DNA of 64,000 nucleotides from Gekko japonicus (GCF_001447785.1 NW_015173758.1:156146-220145), one strand, 5' to 3'. Positions 35,484 to 48,866 are shown, counted from the first letter of the stretch. Program-made: numbers and translations. Notes: generated by a model not told the origin, from the sequence alone.

Positions 35484-36362
35484 GTAAAGTCCATGAATCT
35501 CTTTTGTGCGTTTTGTAATGACCATTCCATATGCTTTAGTTTGTAACATGGTGGATTTGGAAAAGTTCATCTTTTCTTTTTATTTATTTCCCTTTGTTCA
35601 TTTGGTGGTTTAGCATTGGCTAGTAGCAAAAAAAAAATAGGTTTGCCTCACTTGTTTCTACATGATGTCATGCTTAGCAACCTGCTAGTGAACATTTTAG
35701 CTTTAGTTGTGTTTTGAACAAATGTGGTTGGAATTGTCAGGATTCTGAGGGGAAAGCTACAGATGCTACTGAAGCATAACTTGTTGGCTTGTGTTAATAA
35801 TCTTTGCACTGTAAACAAGTGTTCAAGAACTCAAAGCAGACAGAGGAGGTTCAACAGACATAACCAAAAGTTCATCATCATGGCTTTGGGGACTGCATAA
35901 TTGCAGGCCACCTGCGGAGAGGAGCTTCCAAGCTTAGGAGAACCTTCCAGACCTTAGGAGTGCTCCCCTTCCCTTCCATCTAGAGATTTTCCTTTCCTGC
36001 CCAAAGGGTCACGTGACAGAGGTGGGGAGAGCACTCTTTCTTTTTTTGCCGCCATGAGGAGAGGACAGGCTTCCTTGAGCTTTGTTCTTCAGTGGATGTG
36101 TTCGAGTTTTTAAGGGTTTTTTTTCACCAAAATGTGATCTTCCGATACCGATAGGATGGCCCTGTTTTAAAAATGTGAAGAATGTGGATTAAAGGTGGCA
36201 CAAAATAACGAGCACAAATCATGCCTCTTATGTCTAGGTGAGGGTTACAACACAATCTCTTGTCTGGCCTGCCGCCTGCTACTGTCTTAACCTGAAAGCC
36301 TGGGAAGGGAGAGCTGCCAGACTTAAGGTGGTATACAGGAAAAGGCTTTGGGTGCTCCAGAC

Positions 36363-36568
36363 CAGTGTTCCCTCTAAGCTGAGTTAGTGTGAGGTAGCTC
36401 ACAGTTTTTTAGCCTCTGGCTCACCCATTTCTGTCTCAGCTCAGGAAGGAGTGCTCCAGAGCAAACTAATTTAAGCAGCAGCCAAATCACTTGCTCACAG
36501 CTTTAGTGCCAGTAGCTCACAAAGTAGAATTTTTGCTCACGAGACTCCACAGCTTAGAGGGAACATTG
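36363..36568. mobile_element. hAT-family MITE, copy 2, nested in DIRS
   Basis: Same TIRs; perfect TSD CTCCAGAC. Confidence 0.9.
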
Positions 36569-37779
36569 CTCCAGACCCTCACGGCCAGAAATGGGCCCAC
36601 TCCAATAAAAGACTGAAAGCTCCATCAGTGACTGTGGTGCCGAAACCCATTGGTATTGGAAGCACAAGAACAGTTGGCCACTAGATCAGCCTCAGAGCCA
36701 CTGTGAGAAAAAGATCAAGCACAGCCCCTTTGCCTTGGCACCTATCAGTGTTGCCTTGAGGTCAAGGAACTCCATGTCCTCAAGGTTGATCAGAGTCACC
36801 AATTTGACACCAGAGGGAAGAATCGCCTCAGAGTCGACTTTTAATGCTGACAGACCATCAAGGTCACCACTGCATCATGCAGCACCGACTCGTATCATGG
36901 TTGAGCTGTTACTGCATCCAAATATGCCTTCGCCATCGAGGCATACTAATTGATCCCCAAGATCATAAGAGGATGGAGTGTTTGAGGTGCCACCATTGAC
37001 TATAAGCTCAACACAACACACCAAACAGCACTCGACTCAGCCTCCATCTTTTCAATGGCCAACACAGCAAAACGTTTGGTTCCCCTTTCCTATGATACTG
37101 CCAACCCAGTGGGGACCATGGGACCCTCAGCAGTGCACTTACCCTTGGCAACCACCAAAATCTACTACTAAGACTAAGGAAGCATAGCTCAAAGAGTCAA
37201 CCCATAGCAGAGTCTTCTCATCTGATTCAGAAGAAGGGTTGGACGAGGCCTCAGAAGCAGATTCTTAAGAGAACTCAGTGACTTCCCCTTAAGAAGCAGT
37301 AAGAGAACTAACGGCACTTTCCTCATGGAAGACCTAAAATTGTATTCTGAGCAGCTCGTGCGAATGGCAAAGGCACTAGAGCTGGAATATCTTTCCTCAG
37401 AATCACAGCTCGTGGACCCAATTACGAAAATTCTATATAATCCAGATTCTGGACCAGTCACCTTGCCAGACATAGCTATGAATGTCTGGGTCTAAGCCTG
37501 CCTCGACTGCAACTTCAGCAAAAAAGCTCGAAAACCTGTACAGGGTTAGAGAAGATGGATGTGACTTCCTCTACCATCACCCACAAGCAAACTCTCTAGT
37601 ATCAGAGGTCTTGCTAGTGAGAGGAAAAATAGGAAGCCATTCCTCACCACTTGATAAAGAAGGTCACAGACTGGACTGCCTACGCCACAAAGTCTGTTCC
37701 TCTGGTGCAATGGGTCTAAGGGTGCCAGATTTCACTGCAATCATGGACGACTTTTGTTGTTGTTGTTTTAACCTGTCCT

Positions 37780-38734
37780 AAAGGACAGAATTTTATTAAG
37801 ATTTTTAACACAAAATCACATACAAACATAAAATAAACATACAAACATACACACATAAGTGGGGGTACATAATTTTGTTTGACCAATCATATGCTTATGC
37901 CTAAATAACATAGTTTTCTATTCTTGTGTACTGTGAGCTTCAACCATCTAACAAATCTTTAAGGAATACATAGCTTCAGATTATAAAACAAATTGTCTGT
38001 CAATACACTCTTGCCTACATAAAATTGTCATACCAGCTATAAAAACGTGCCCATGTATTCTGAAATGTAGAGTCCGTCAAACCTTTTATCAATAAAGTCA
38101 ATTTATCTAATTCTGCTACCTCCAGAACTTTATTTATAAATTCTCGTTTCGATGGTGTCTCTGGTGACTCCCAATATTTCGCATATAGGATTCTTGCAGC
38201 TGTAGTTACATATACAATCAAATAACGGTCATCCTTCTTTGAATTTTCTGGCAAAATGTTCAATAATAAGACAACTGTGCCTAACACTTTTTGTAAAATT
38301 TCATGCACCATTACCCAATATTTTTAGCTTCTTCACAATGCCACCACATATGATAAAATGAACCAACCTTATTTTCACATTTCCAACACTTGTTAGAACA
38401 CTTAGGATCAAATTTCGCCAATCTTTCAGGAGTTACATACCATCTATAACATATTTTATATACATTTTCTTTATATGGAATAGCCTTAGTAATTTTAATA
38501 TTTTTTCCATATTTGTTCCCACTGTTCTAGATTAATATTGTGACCAATGTTCTGGGCCCATTGAATCATATTCCCTTTTACTGACTCTTCAAATAACAGA
38601 TCATTAAGCAAAAGTAAATAGATTTTTCGAATCAATTTTTGGTCTCTGGCTATAGTAATCTTTTCGATCTCCAGCAAATTATTGTAAGAGCCAATCTTCT
38701 TATCTTTGCTGAATCTGGATTCTATTTGGGCTCT
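37780..38734 (-). mobile_element. L1-clade LINE 3' fragment nested in DIRS
   Basis: ORFs 38015-38311 and 38495-38770 homologous to the L1 at 2554-3571 (TAARILYAKYW, AELDKL, W.Q.IGH.I....W..IWK). Confidence 0.85.
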
Positions 38735-39322
38735 TTGTTGTTGTTCAGTCGCACAGTTGAGTCTGAACATGGACTACATCACACCCCATGGACTACATCA
38801 CACCAGGCCCTCCTGTCTTCTGCCGTCCTCCGGAGTTTCCTTAATTTTATGTTCGCTGCATTGATAACACTGCCTAACCATCTCATTCTTTGCCGTCCCC
38901 TTCTTCTTTTACCCTCAGTCTTTCCCATCATCAGGGTCTTCTCCAGTGAATGTTCCCTTCTCATTTGGTGGCCAGAGTATTTGAGCTTCAGCTTCAGTAT
39001 CTGGCCTTCCAGGGAACAGTCAGGGTTGGTTTCTTTTTGGACTCACTGATTCGATCTCCTTGCAGTCCAAGGGACTCTCAAGAGTCTTCTCCAGCACCAT
39101 TATTCAAAAGAATCTATTATTCTGTGCTCGGCCTTCCTTATAGTCCAACTCTTGCAGCCATACCCTACTACTGGGAATACCATTGCCTTGACCATACAGA
39201 CTTTTGTTGGCAGGGTGATGTCACTACTTTTTATTATGCTGTTTAGGTTTGCCATCGCTTTCCTCCCAAGGAGCAGGTGTCTTTTAATTTCATGGCTGCA
39301 ATCATAATCTGCAGTGATCTTG
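38735..39322 (-). mobile_element. RTE-BovB LINE 3' end nested in DIRS
   Basis: DCSHEIKRHLLLGRKAMANL...; SLEKTLMMGKTEGKRRRGRQRMRWL..AWC..VHGV; (CAA)n tail. Confidence 0.93.
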
Positions 39323-40957
39323 TTCACGGGGTGTATCTCAGTGGTCATCTCTTAAGGTTAAGAGGATGCATGGTTTATCCATGCCTCAATGACTGGCTGT
39401 TTGTGGATGACACTTGGGAGCAGTTCACTAGGAACCTGCAACTCGCTCTTAGCTCTTCAGTACTTAAGTTTTGTTATTAATTGGGAGAAATCCCACCTCC
39501 AGTTCAGTCTGTTGACTTTATTGGGGCCATAATTGATCCAGTCAAAGGAAGAGAGAATGTTTAACTCTTCAGAGAGCAAAAAACTATCATGTCCCTGGTC
39601 AAGAAGTTTTCATGCAACAGGTTCCAATCTGCCAAACAGAAACTGCTGGCTACATAGTTTCAACCAGTGCTGTGGTACTATATGCTAAATTGTATATAAG
39701 GTCATTGCAAAATTGGTTCATACGAGAGTTTGATCCCAGTATTGACACTCAATGGAAAAGGCTGTCAATCCCCAGGGTTGTCATAAAGACCCTAGACTGG
39801 TAGTCTAAATTGCATCATCTATTTAAAGGGGTTCCTCTAGGGACTCAGTCTCATGACATATAGGTGTTTACAGATGCCTCCCTTACGGGTTGAGGGGCTC
39901 ACTGTGATGGTTTTGAGGTAAAAGGTACATTGTCCCAGTGTTAATGGCTAAGACTGACTTGTTGTTTCTGTTGTACAAGACGGCCTTCTTGGTAGCTGTC
40001 ACGTCCACTAGGCGGGTGGGTGAGATATGTGCATTGAACTGCAACCCTCCTTTTACCAAGTTCCATGGAGACAAGGTAGTGCTCAGACCCAGCGTGGAAT
40101 TCCTACCTAAAGTGGTGTTGCAGTTCCATTTGAAACAGGACATCAGCTTCCCAGTACTTTTCCAATCTCCAACATTCAGATGGAAGCAAGCACTGCACAC
40201 CTTAGATGTGAGAAGGGCGCTCCTTTTTATTTAAAACAAACAGAGGAGTTTAGGAAAGACAGGTATGTATTTATTTGCTTTAAGGGGTGCAATAGGGGTA
40301 AAGCTGCATCCGCTCAGTCAGTATCCAGATGGGTAGTCTCTGCCATTGGATATGCTTACAATGAAGCTAAGGTCCTGTGCCCCATTGCCCTGAAGGCTCA
40401 CTCCACAAGGGCTCAAGCCTTATCAGTGGCATTCCAATCCAGATTAGCATTGGAGATGCCATTTGCTCCACTCCCTCAACATTCATCAAACATTACTTGA
40501 TGGATGTAGATTCCAGGAACAAGGGTGCTGTGGGGAAAGTGGTTTTGCAATCAGTCTTCCGCTGCTCAGTCCACACCCACCTCCTCAGTAAGTGAGCTTG
40601 CTAGTCTCCCATGTGGGACTGCACAGAAGCCACAAGAATGAAAATGGGGTTGCGCTTACCTGTAACCGTTGTCAATCGAGTGGTCTTCTGTGCAGGCAGA
40701 CATCCCTTCCTCCTATTCCTATGCTTCTCGAATGACTGTAGTTCCTCACAGAGGTGAGAGAAAAGGGCTCTCCCTGCCTCCATCACGTGACCCTTTGGGC
40801 CTGAAGAGGAATCTCTAGATGGAGGGGAGGGGAGGACTCCTAAGGTCTGGAAGTTTCTTCAAAGCTTGGAAGCTCCTCTCCATGGCTGTCATGCAGCCCT
40901 CATGTGTGCCTGCACAGAAGACCACTCAATGAACAACAATTACAGGTAAGTGCAACC

Positions 40958-41371
40958 CTGTTCTAGTATGTCTAAGCAGCATAATAAACAGGAGTTCAAA
41001 TATAGTGGAGCTACAGTTGTTAGCATTTGAGCTAGGCTAGGATTGTCACTGGTTGATTTGCAGCTTTAATAAGGTAAAGGTAAAGGTTCCCTTGCTTGAA
41101 AGCCAGTCGAGTACGACTCTAGGGTTGCGGTGCTCATCTCCGAGTCAAAGCCGAAGAGCCAGCGCTGTTCTAGTATGTCTAAGCAGCATAATAAACAGGA
41201 GTTCAAATATAGTGGAGCTACAGTTGTTAGCATTTGAGCTAGGCTAGGATTGTCACTGGTTGATCTGCAGCTTTAATAAGGTAAAGGTAAAGGTTCCCTT
41301 GCTTGAAAGCCAGTCGAGTACGACTCTAGGGTTGCGGTGCTCATCTCCGAGTCAAAGCCGAAGAGCCAGCG
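40958..41371. repeat. 207-bp tandem duplication including a Sauria SINE 3' end
   Basis: 40958-41164 is repeated at 41165-41371 with one visible mismatch; the SINE continues to ~41493. Confidence 0.9.
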
Positions 41372-41737
41372 CTGTCCAAAGACGTTTCCGTGGTCATGTG
41401 GCTGGCATGACTAAACACCAAGGTGCACGGAACGCTGTTAACTTCCCACTGAAGTGGTACCTATTTATCTACTTGCAATTTCTTGCTTTCGAGTAGCTGT
41501 GTATAAAGGAGAGGTTTGGCAAGTGCATCTTCTTCTGCCCTGAAGAAGCAACGGATTCATTTCTCTTTGCCAAACAGCTATTAAAGGTATCAAACCTAGA
41601 AGCTTCTGGGTGTCTTGGTGAGATGACTTTTAAGATTTGCTAGTTAGTGTTTGTGTGTCTGAGAGAGAAAGTTGCCTTATAACAGTGAAAATCTTAATAA
41701 AGGAATAAATTTTTCTGATGGCATTACCTTACTATAG

Positions 41738-41814
41738 GCTTTGAAAATTTGCCTGGCCTTTCTGCAAAGGATTTTGTTACGCTTGCTATCATACGTAGAT
41801 ATCTTGACTTTAAG
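41738..41814 (+). CDS. CFAP69: CFAP69 exon 19, GFENLPGLSAKDFVTLAIIRRYLDFK
   Basis: Conserved FENLPGLSA.DFVTL.II.RYLDFK; atag| and |gtaagt. Confidence 0.96.
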
Positions 41815-42665
41815 GTAAGTGGAGCTTACTCTGGTTTTCTTTTTTTAATTTGTAAGTACATTTTTGGAACAAAGAATGTGTGATGCGCTGATCTATTGTC
41901 CCATATCCACTTTACAGCAAAACTAGTTTCTAAAATTGCCAAGGTTTTGTGTGTTTTTTTCCTTTTGGGGAACAGGTTGTGGATGCTTATATTTTCTGTA
42001 ATCTTCATGAAAAGAGACAGACATTTAGTCAATGAAATAGCAGACAGCTTTCACTTGACCTCCATCTTTTTGGATTAGGAAGTTGTTGTCAATAACAAAT
42101 GTAAGCTGTAATTTCTAAAAATTCTGAAAATATTTCTGAAAATCAGGTCTATAATTAGTTGTTAGATTACAGAATCCGTTCATTTCTTGTTTGATTGGAA
42201 GACTGGAACAATTAATCTGGCTTTCAAGTTGACCTGCAGTAGCTTGTCTAATTAAAATAATTGTTCACTTTTGTTCAGTTTAGGCATCACATAAAACCAT
42301 GGTTTCTTTAGATTGCAAAAGTAGGATTCAGCTCAAAGACAAGCACTAAAATTCTGGTTTGCTGATTTCCTTGTCTATTTTCTGGGAGAACACGGCCAAA
42401 GAAAAAGCCAGGATTAAGTTAGGATGTCTGTGCTTGTACATAACGACAAACCATAATTGACTAGCTGTGGATAATAAACCAATCTCAAATCCTGGTTTGA
42501 CAGACTCTAGCTAACCATAGTGGTGTGGCCTGCATTTAGATGACCGCACTAACTGTAGTTAGTTATTTTGTGCAATGTCTAAACTGAGCCTTTGTGTTAT
42601 AAATCCATAGGTCAGGTTTTCTATAGGGAATAAGCATTACTTTCTGCATCTTTCTAACTAATAGC

Positions 42666-43585
42666 CAGAGCAGTAGCTAGCCAGGGGCTATTTGGGTGAT
42701 GCCCCCCTTCCGATTTTGCCCTGCCCCCTCCCCTCCTCTCCCGGTCCCCCCTCCTGTCCTGGTTCCCCCTTCCCCAGGGGCTACGGGTGACAACCGTGAG
42801 GCCTGTGCACCTCGTGGTTGGCTGGGAAGGTGGTTGGCTGGGAGGAGGAGGAAGAGGAGGGAGCCAGGTGGGGAAGCATGCAGCAGGGTGGAAGGGTCTG
42901 GTCCTTCCAGCTCATGCTGACCTGGGCAGCCGATGGTTTCTCATGCAAGGGTTGGCAGTGCAGCAAGGCAGGCAGGCAGCCAGACTTCCTCACCAAGTTG
43001 GATGGGGCTCTAGTGCCGCCAGACCAGGCCCCACAGGACCAGGGGCAGTGGAGACCAGTGTTCCCTCCAAGCTGAGTTAGTGTGAGCTAGCTCAGTTTTT
43101 TAGCCTCTGGCTCACACCTTTTTGTCTTAGCTCAGGAAGGATGGCTCCAGAGCAAACTAATTTATGCAGCAGCCGAATCACTTGCTCACAACTTTACTTC
43201 CAATAGCTCACAAAGTAGAATTTTTGCTCACAAGACTCCATAGCTTAGAGGGAGCATTGGTGAAGACCCTCCCTCCCTGACCACCACAGCATTTCTCTCC
43301 CTGCAGGCTGACCAGGCCGGGTGCATCAAAGCAGGTCTAATGCCAGCGCAGTTGTTGCTGCAATAGGGAGACCATCTCCCGCTCCTTGCACTTCAGCTAC
43401 TCCATGCTTGGCCGGCAGCTGGGCGGGGGGGGGGAGGCAGAGTGTGGATGCGCGGGCATGCATGGGAGAGAGTGCATGAAGTCACGGTGGCTGCAGCAGC
43501 AGCAGCCCTTTCCCCTCTTGGCAGATTGCCAAGTTAATGCCCCTTCTATGCCTCCTCCGCAAAAAACCTTCTAGCTATGGGGCTG
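42666..43585. mobile_element. hAT-like non-autonomous element containing a nested MITE
   Basis: Ends CAGAGCAGTAGCTAG / CTAGCTATGGGGCTG; perfect 8-bp TSD CTAATAGC. Confidence 0.8.
43056..43259. mobile_element. hAT-family MITE, copy 3
   Basis: Same TIRs; TSD GTGGAGAC / GTGAAGAC. Confidence 0.88.
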
Positions 43586-43654
43586 CTAATAGCCTTACAG
43601 CTCTTGCAGTTTCTGTGGTGTTTTAATGGGTTATCAACTGTATTGTGAAATAGC

Positions 43655-45120
43655 AACACCTCTTGCCCCCTCCTTTTCAACCTCTACATTAATGGCATCA
43701 CTAAGAGGCTTTCAGACTCTGACCCCTTTCCTCCCTGCCTTGGCTCACGGAAGATTCGGGTCCTTCTTTATGCCAATGATATGGTTCTGTTGTCTATAAC
43801 CCACATCAGCTTAAGAAGGTTGCTGTCCAGGCTTAGTCGCTTTTGTAAAGAAGAGCTTTTAAAAATAAACTGTTTGAAGACCAAGGTGATGGTCTTTGGA
43901 AAACAGTGGTGTATTTCTCACTGGTCATTAGATGGGTTCCCAGTCGATCAATGCCGAACCTTTAAATATCTGGGTATCACTTTTAGTGACACACACTCCT
44001 GGAAGGCACACACAGAAATTATAAAATCAACAGCCCTCTGGTCAATGGGGGAATTCTCACATTCTACCATTCCAAAGGGGGTTTCCAGATAGACCCAGCC
44101 TTAAAGCTCTTTCAGAGTAAAAAAAAGTCCAATGTCTTTACAATGTGGAGGTTTGGGGATGGAATGATGCCCTGATTGCAGACCTGGAGAGAATCCAAAG
44201 CCTGTTCTTGAAAAGGTTATTAGTACTACCTCCAAATATTCCAGCTGCATTGCTGAGAGCCAAATTGTGCCTCCCTTGTCTTTGGGCATGTGCACACAAA
44301 GCTTTTTTAAAATTACTTGCACAAATTGAAGAGAGCCCCAGTAGTTCATCTTTCAGGCATTTGTTTCTCTGTAAGCCTAAAAGATCCTAAATGGCAATCC
44401 AATTATAACAAAATTCTTCAAATATATCATTTGCCAGATGTTGTCTGAGGAGCCTCTTAGGCCAACTTTAATGATAGAGTGCAAATATATAGATATGGTG
44501 CTGCTTTAGACAGGCAAGTCATACTAGAAACCAAATTTCCCCCCTGGTAAAAATCAATTAAATTGGATCATCTTAGGGCACAATATCTGTCTTAAGATTG
44601 CCTTTTTAAAATTACACTCAGTTTTTACATCCATTCATTTTCAAACAATGCAAACAGTTATGACTGAAGGTCACAACCACCAGTTGCTCAGCACCTCTGT
44701 GTATGCGGAGGTCCAGATCCTGAAGACCTGTGCCATTATTTGTTAGCCTGTCCACTTTACTAAGCTCCAAGGAAGAAATGCTTAGGTGCAATCCCAGCTA
44801 ATTTAGGCCTTAGCACCTTGACAGAAAAAGTTACATTTTTACTTGCAAATGCGGAGCCAGAGGTTTCATATAAGGTTGCCCTTTTTGCCCTAGCAGCAAA
44901 GAAAATTCGAGCCAAGCTAGTGTCTGTATAGGCCAATTAAAATTTTAATTAGTATTCAGTAGACATTTATGGGGGTTTTTCCTTTCTTATGAAATAAGTT
45001 TTTAAATGTTATTTTTATAGTGCCTTAATCTACCTTTACTCTATTGTATTTTACTGTCTATTACTTCCTATTGCTTGTAATGGCCATTGGCCCTATGCAA
45101 TAAAATTGAACTGAATTGGA
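43655..45120 (+). mobile_element. Non-LTR retrotransposon 3' part (RTE-X-like), decayed
   Basis: LLYANDMVL..., KIN..KTKVMVF, FKYLGITF, C-terminal C.C....E...HYLL.CPLY knuckle; AATAAA then (TTGAA)-like tail; clade assignment tentative. Confidence 0.7.
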
Positions 45121-45273
45121 ATTTCAGCACCCATACATCTACAAACAATTTTGGACATACTTAGTACAGTTACCAGTGGAGGTATCTTTTGGGGAGTGAA
45201 TGTTGAAGACACGGATAAATAAATGAGGAGTTGTCTGGTTTTTCTTAAAATAATGTATCTGTTGTACATAAAG

Positions 45274-45471
45274 GTTGGTGAAATCTGGGACGAAGTGTGT
45301 TCAGAACTTAAAGAAGAAAAGTTCAGACCAGTCAGTCCTGACCAGGAAGCAATGCAGGTTATTACCCAAACATTTGAAAATGTTGGAAAGATGGTTGTCT
45401 CCCTGCAGACTGAAATGCTGGAAAGCCAGCACTATCAGGAACGTCAGGAGGAACGAAAAAATTATGCCAAG
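45274..45471 (+). CDS. CFAP69: CFAP69 exon 20, VGEIWDEVCSELKEEKFRPVSPDQEAM...ERKNYAK
   Basis: Conserved GEIW.E, RPV, EN.GKMV.SLQ; aag| and |gtaagc. Confidence 0.95.
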
Positions 45472-45845
45472 GTAAGCAAAGCAACAAATGTGCACTTGTT
45501 ATTTGTAGACATGCTTATTTGTAGACTTAAATTCCTTTGCTGGCAATGTATAAGAAGAAGAATTGTCGTTTGTTTTTTTAAAAAATCTGAAAGGCGATGG
45601 TCTCTCTGTTGGGTCTTATACGCATAGGACTCGCTTCCACCTTTGGCTGGGGACCCATCTGCAGGCATACAGTGAGGTGAGCCAGTACTGGTGCCTGCAC
45701 TACAACCGGAGCTACTGCTCTGAACTCAGCTCTGCTATGTAATACAAAATGAGAATTCACTTGCAAGCTAGAAATCAGTCCATGACAGACAGTTTTGGGA
45801 AATAAAATGGTTTTCTATTTCACCTTCTTTTATTCCACACTCTAG

Positions 45846-45932
45846 ATCCAATCTCTCCATAAGCAGAAGGAAATGGTAAATAAATCCTGGGAAAATTTCT
45901 TAACCCGGACATCAAATTATGAGGCTTTAAAG
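45846..45932 (+). CDS. CFAP69: CFAP69 exon 21, IQSLHKQKEMVNKSWENFLTRTSNYEALK
   Basis: Conserved HKQ.E..NKSWE.FL.RTSN; ctag| and |gtaaga. Confidence 0.95.
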
Positions 45933-46567
45933 GTAAGAAAGAAGATTGTATTATTGGGCATATTAGAACCAGATTTGTAATCAGGTGCCACTATTTTATA
46001 TAAAAGCCCTCCCAGCTTTGGTACAGCTGAACACCAGCATAGTTGCTGCAGGAGCTCCACTTTTAAAAAATTTAAAACACAATGTTGCCAGCTTCTAAAA
46101 TTCAAATTGCTTTAAGCTGTTGAGCGGAGGTGCTTATTCTTTACTGCCATGTTGCAATTTGCACCTTCACGGTAAATATATTAAAAATTTAGAATTGCTG
46201 AGAATAGGCTGGTTTGCATGCCAAGGGGTCCCACTTTGCATAGTTTTGCATAGGATTATTTTGATTTTATACTATAGCAAATACTCTGGCTAATGTGAGG
46301 TTGTTTTCATCATTTACATACAAGGAATTATTGCATTTAATAGGTTTGTTTATTTGCTTAATTCAGCTCTATCTCTTTTATCTTTGACTCGGGTCTGTAA
46401 CACCATAAAATGTACTTAAAATACTTAGAAAAATATAAGCTTGAAACACTTGCATATGTATGGCTAGCCACATCAAGGCTATTCATAAACTGTAGCGGTG
46501 AAAGAGACATTTTACTGTGATGCACCCTGTATCTTACCTCTGAACAATATTTTCTTAATGTTTATAG

Positions 46568-46672
46568 AAAGCAAAAAAGATTCAGGAAAAATCCATAGAC
46601 GAATCTAGAACAAAGGCAAGGCAGCCTAATACGACATTCCATCCAACTGATATTAAAAATCTAAATACAACT
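46568..46672 (+). CDS. CFAP69: CFAP69 exon 22, KAKKIQEKSIDESRTKARQPNTTFHPTDIKNLNTT
   Basis: Resembles KAKSLQEKAIEASR...FHQTHIKGLNTT; atag| and |gtaagt. Confidence 0.94.
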
Positions 46673-47547
46673 GTAAGTAAGATCTTCAGCAGCTCATCAA
46701 TATGAAAATAGTTTTAAAATGTTACAAGTATTACTTTGGGGCTGAAAATTCTAGGGATAGACAGCTTGTACATCGTCGCACAGCAGGTATTCCTCAACTT
46801 CAGTGAACACTGGCCATGGCTCAGTAGTAGAGCATCTACTTTGCATGGAGAACATTCTAGATTTAATGTAAAAGGATTTTAGGTGGCCAGTGGAGAAAAA
46901 TAATTTTCTGTCCTGAGAACCTGGAGATCAGCTTTTGATAAAGAAGAGGCATTGCTGAGTTAGATGGATAATACTCTGAGTGAGTGTGAGGCAGCTTCTT
47001 GTCTGCTAAAGCCAATGAAGAAAATTTGTGATGGGAGAGGTATGGAAGAAAACACAGGTATTGGATTTGTTACCTGTACCCCATTTCTCTGACTGGTGAG
47101 AAATTCCAGGGGTAGCAGGGGTCCCACTTTGGAAAAGAGAGCAGAGGTGAAAATTCGGGCGCATTCATACAGGACAGCAGATCTGCCACTCCATATTGGA
47201 TTCCCAGAAAGAGATCCTGCACACCTCCCAAGTGGTTTCAGCCAATTCCCAACAGTGTCTGTCTGCTCTTGTGCTCTGCCAGAATCTAAAACTACCTTTT
47301 CTTTTCCCTTCAGGTAGGTGGGGAGTTGCCTCCTTCCTGATGGATGTTTGGACGATTAAGGCCCATATCTACTGTCATTAAGATAGATTACCATTCTTTT
47401 GTTATAAGCTCTGCCTCAGACTCTCACAGGGCATGCCACTTTAGGCCAGGTCCATAGAACGGAACTATTCCCAGATTCCAAGTGTGTAACCCTGTGATCT
47501 AAAGTTTTGCAACAAGAACAAGGGAGGGGAAGAGGCTACTTCTTTCA

Positions 47548-47990
47548 GCATTTATTTATTTATTATTACATTTCTATCCCGCCCTCCCTGCGGACGGGCT
47601 CAGGGCGGCTCACAATCAAGGGCACCATGTGCCAAATAAAAACATTAAGAACAGAATAAAAACAACCATATTTAACAAAATAAAGTGCTCAGTGATGTTG
47701 ATCCTTCGATCGAATCAAGATGGTGACCTTTAGATGTTACCCAAAACCCGATTCAGTGGTACTGATCCATTGCGATACTGTGGTTCGATCTTTATAATGG
47801 GCCATCCCATTACCTCATTGATACCACGAAATAGGTGGTGGTAGTGGCGGCTCCTAATTGAAAGCCTGGTGGAAGAGCTCTGTCTTGCAGGCCCTGCGGA
47901 ACTGTGAGAGGTCCCGCAGGGCCCTGATCTCCTCCGGGAGCTCATTCCACCAGGTAGGAGCCGCCACTGAAAAGGCCCTGGCCCTGGTTT
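47548..47990 (-). mobile_element. L2 LINE 3' end
   Basis: Homologous to 60500-60920 (RAFSVAAPTWWNELPEEIRALRDL.QFRRACKTELFHQA); short copies of the same tail near 16445, 48100, 51130. Confidence 0.85.
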
Positions 47991-48689
47991 ACCCATTTTC
48001 CCTTGAAGTTCTTTTTTTTTTAATTTTTGTTAAACATGTAAAGAAGAGCACATACATATGAGAATGTTCAATTACATACAGTTAGTTAAGTTGTAACTTG
48101 TTTATTTATTTATTTATATTCTAATTTATATCCCGCCCTAACCCGCCAAAGCAGGCTCAGGGCGGCACTTCTCCTTGAAGTTCTCATAATAAAGGGAACT
48201 GCCATAACTTTTCAGGCCATCACTGTACAAATAATTCTCATGGTTCATTTTCAAAAAAAAATCCAAGGAGTCTGTTTCAGAAGACTTCAGTTACAGTTAG
48301 TATTCTGGACAACAGAGAGCCAGTTCAATGTAGTAGGAGTATCGGTCTATGATGGCAGAGATCAAGGTTCAAATCCCCACAAAACCATGAAACTCACCAG
48401 ATGGCATGGGCTAGTCACCCCTCTCTTGGGGATTTATTGTGAGGATGAAATGGAGGCTTCACTGCCTTGAGCTCCCCGTCAGAAAGATAGGATGTAAATG
48501 TAATAGATCGTGCAAAGGCACAAGTGAGAAAACAGTTAATCTATATACTTTATTCATTTCCTTTCAAAATATATTTTGAAAATTCATGAGAACTTCAGAA
48601 TGCCTCTTTTCAAAGAATGTTTGGAAAACAAGTCCTGTGACTGATGTCTTGTTCAGAATAGTGAGTAATGTTTTGTTTTGCTTTTCCAG

Positions 48690-48866
48690 ATTGCGGCTGG
48701 TCGCTTAGTAACAGTGGAAAGCACACCACCTGAATTGACTGGAGGGCCACTAGCTGACACAGAGCTTGCGCTCAAAAAGCTCCCTATTCGTGGAGGAGCC
48801 TTACAAAGGATCAAAGGAGTGAAAGTGATGGAGCCGTTCAAGAAAGATTCAGTTTCTGTAAAGTAA
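48690..48866 (+). CDS. CFAP69: CFAP69 terminal coding exon 23, IAAGRLVTVESTPPELTGGPLADTELALKKLPIRGGALQRIKGVKVMEPFKKDSVSVK*
   Basis: Conserved VTVESTP...GGPL.DT..ALKKLPIRGGALQR; ccag| acceptor, TAA stop. Confidence 0.97.
   Translation: MAAGRLVTVESTPPELTGGPLADTELALKKLPIRGGALQRIKGVKVMEPFKKDSVSVK

Larger units (their letters stand above)
35870..40962 (+). mobile_element. DIRS1-type tyrosine-recombinase retrotransposon (decayed, with nested insertions)
   Basis: Left ITR ~35870-36040 is the inverse of ~40760-40900; ICR 40600-40700 is complementary to both termini; gag-like (37482-37750), RT YLDDWL-like VYPCLNDWL, RNaseH FTDAS, YR KTAFLVAVTS.RRVGE...HTLDVRRAL...AHSTRA. Confidence 0.9.
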
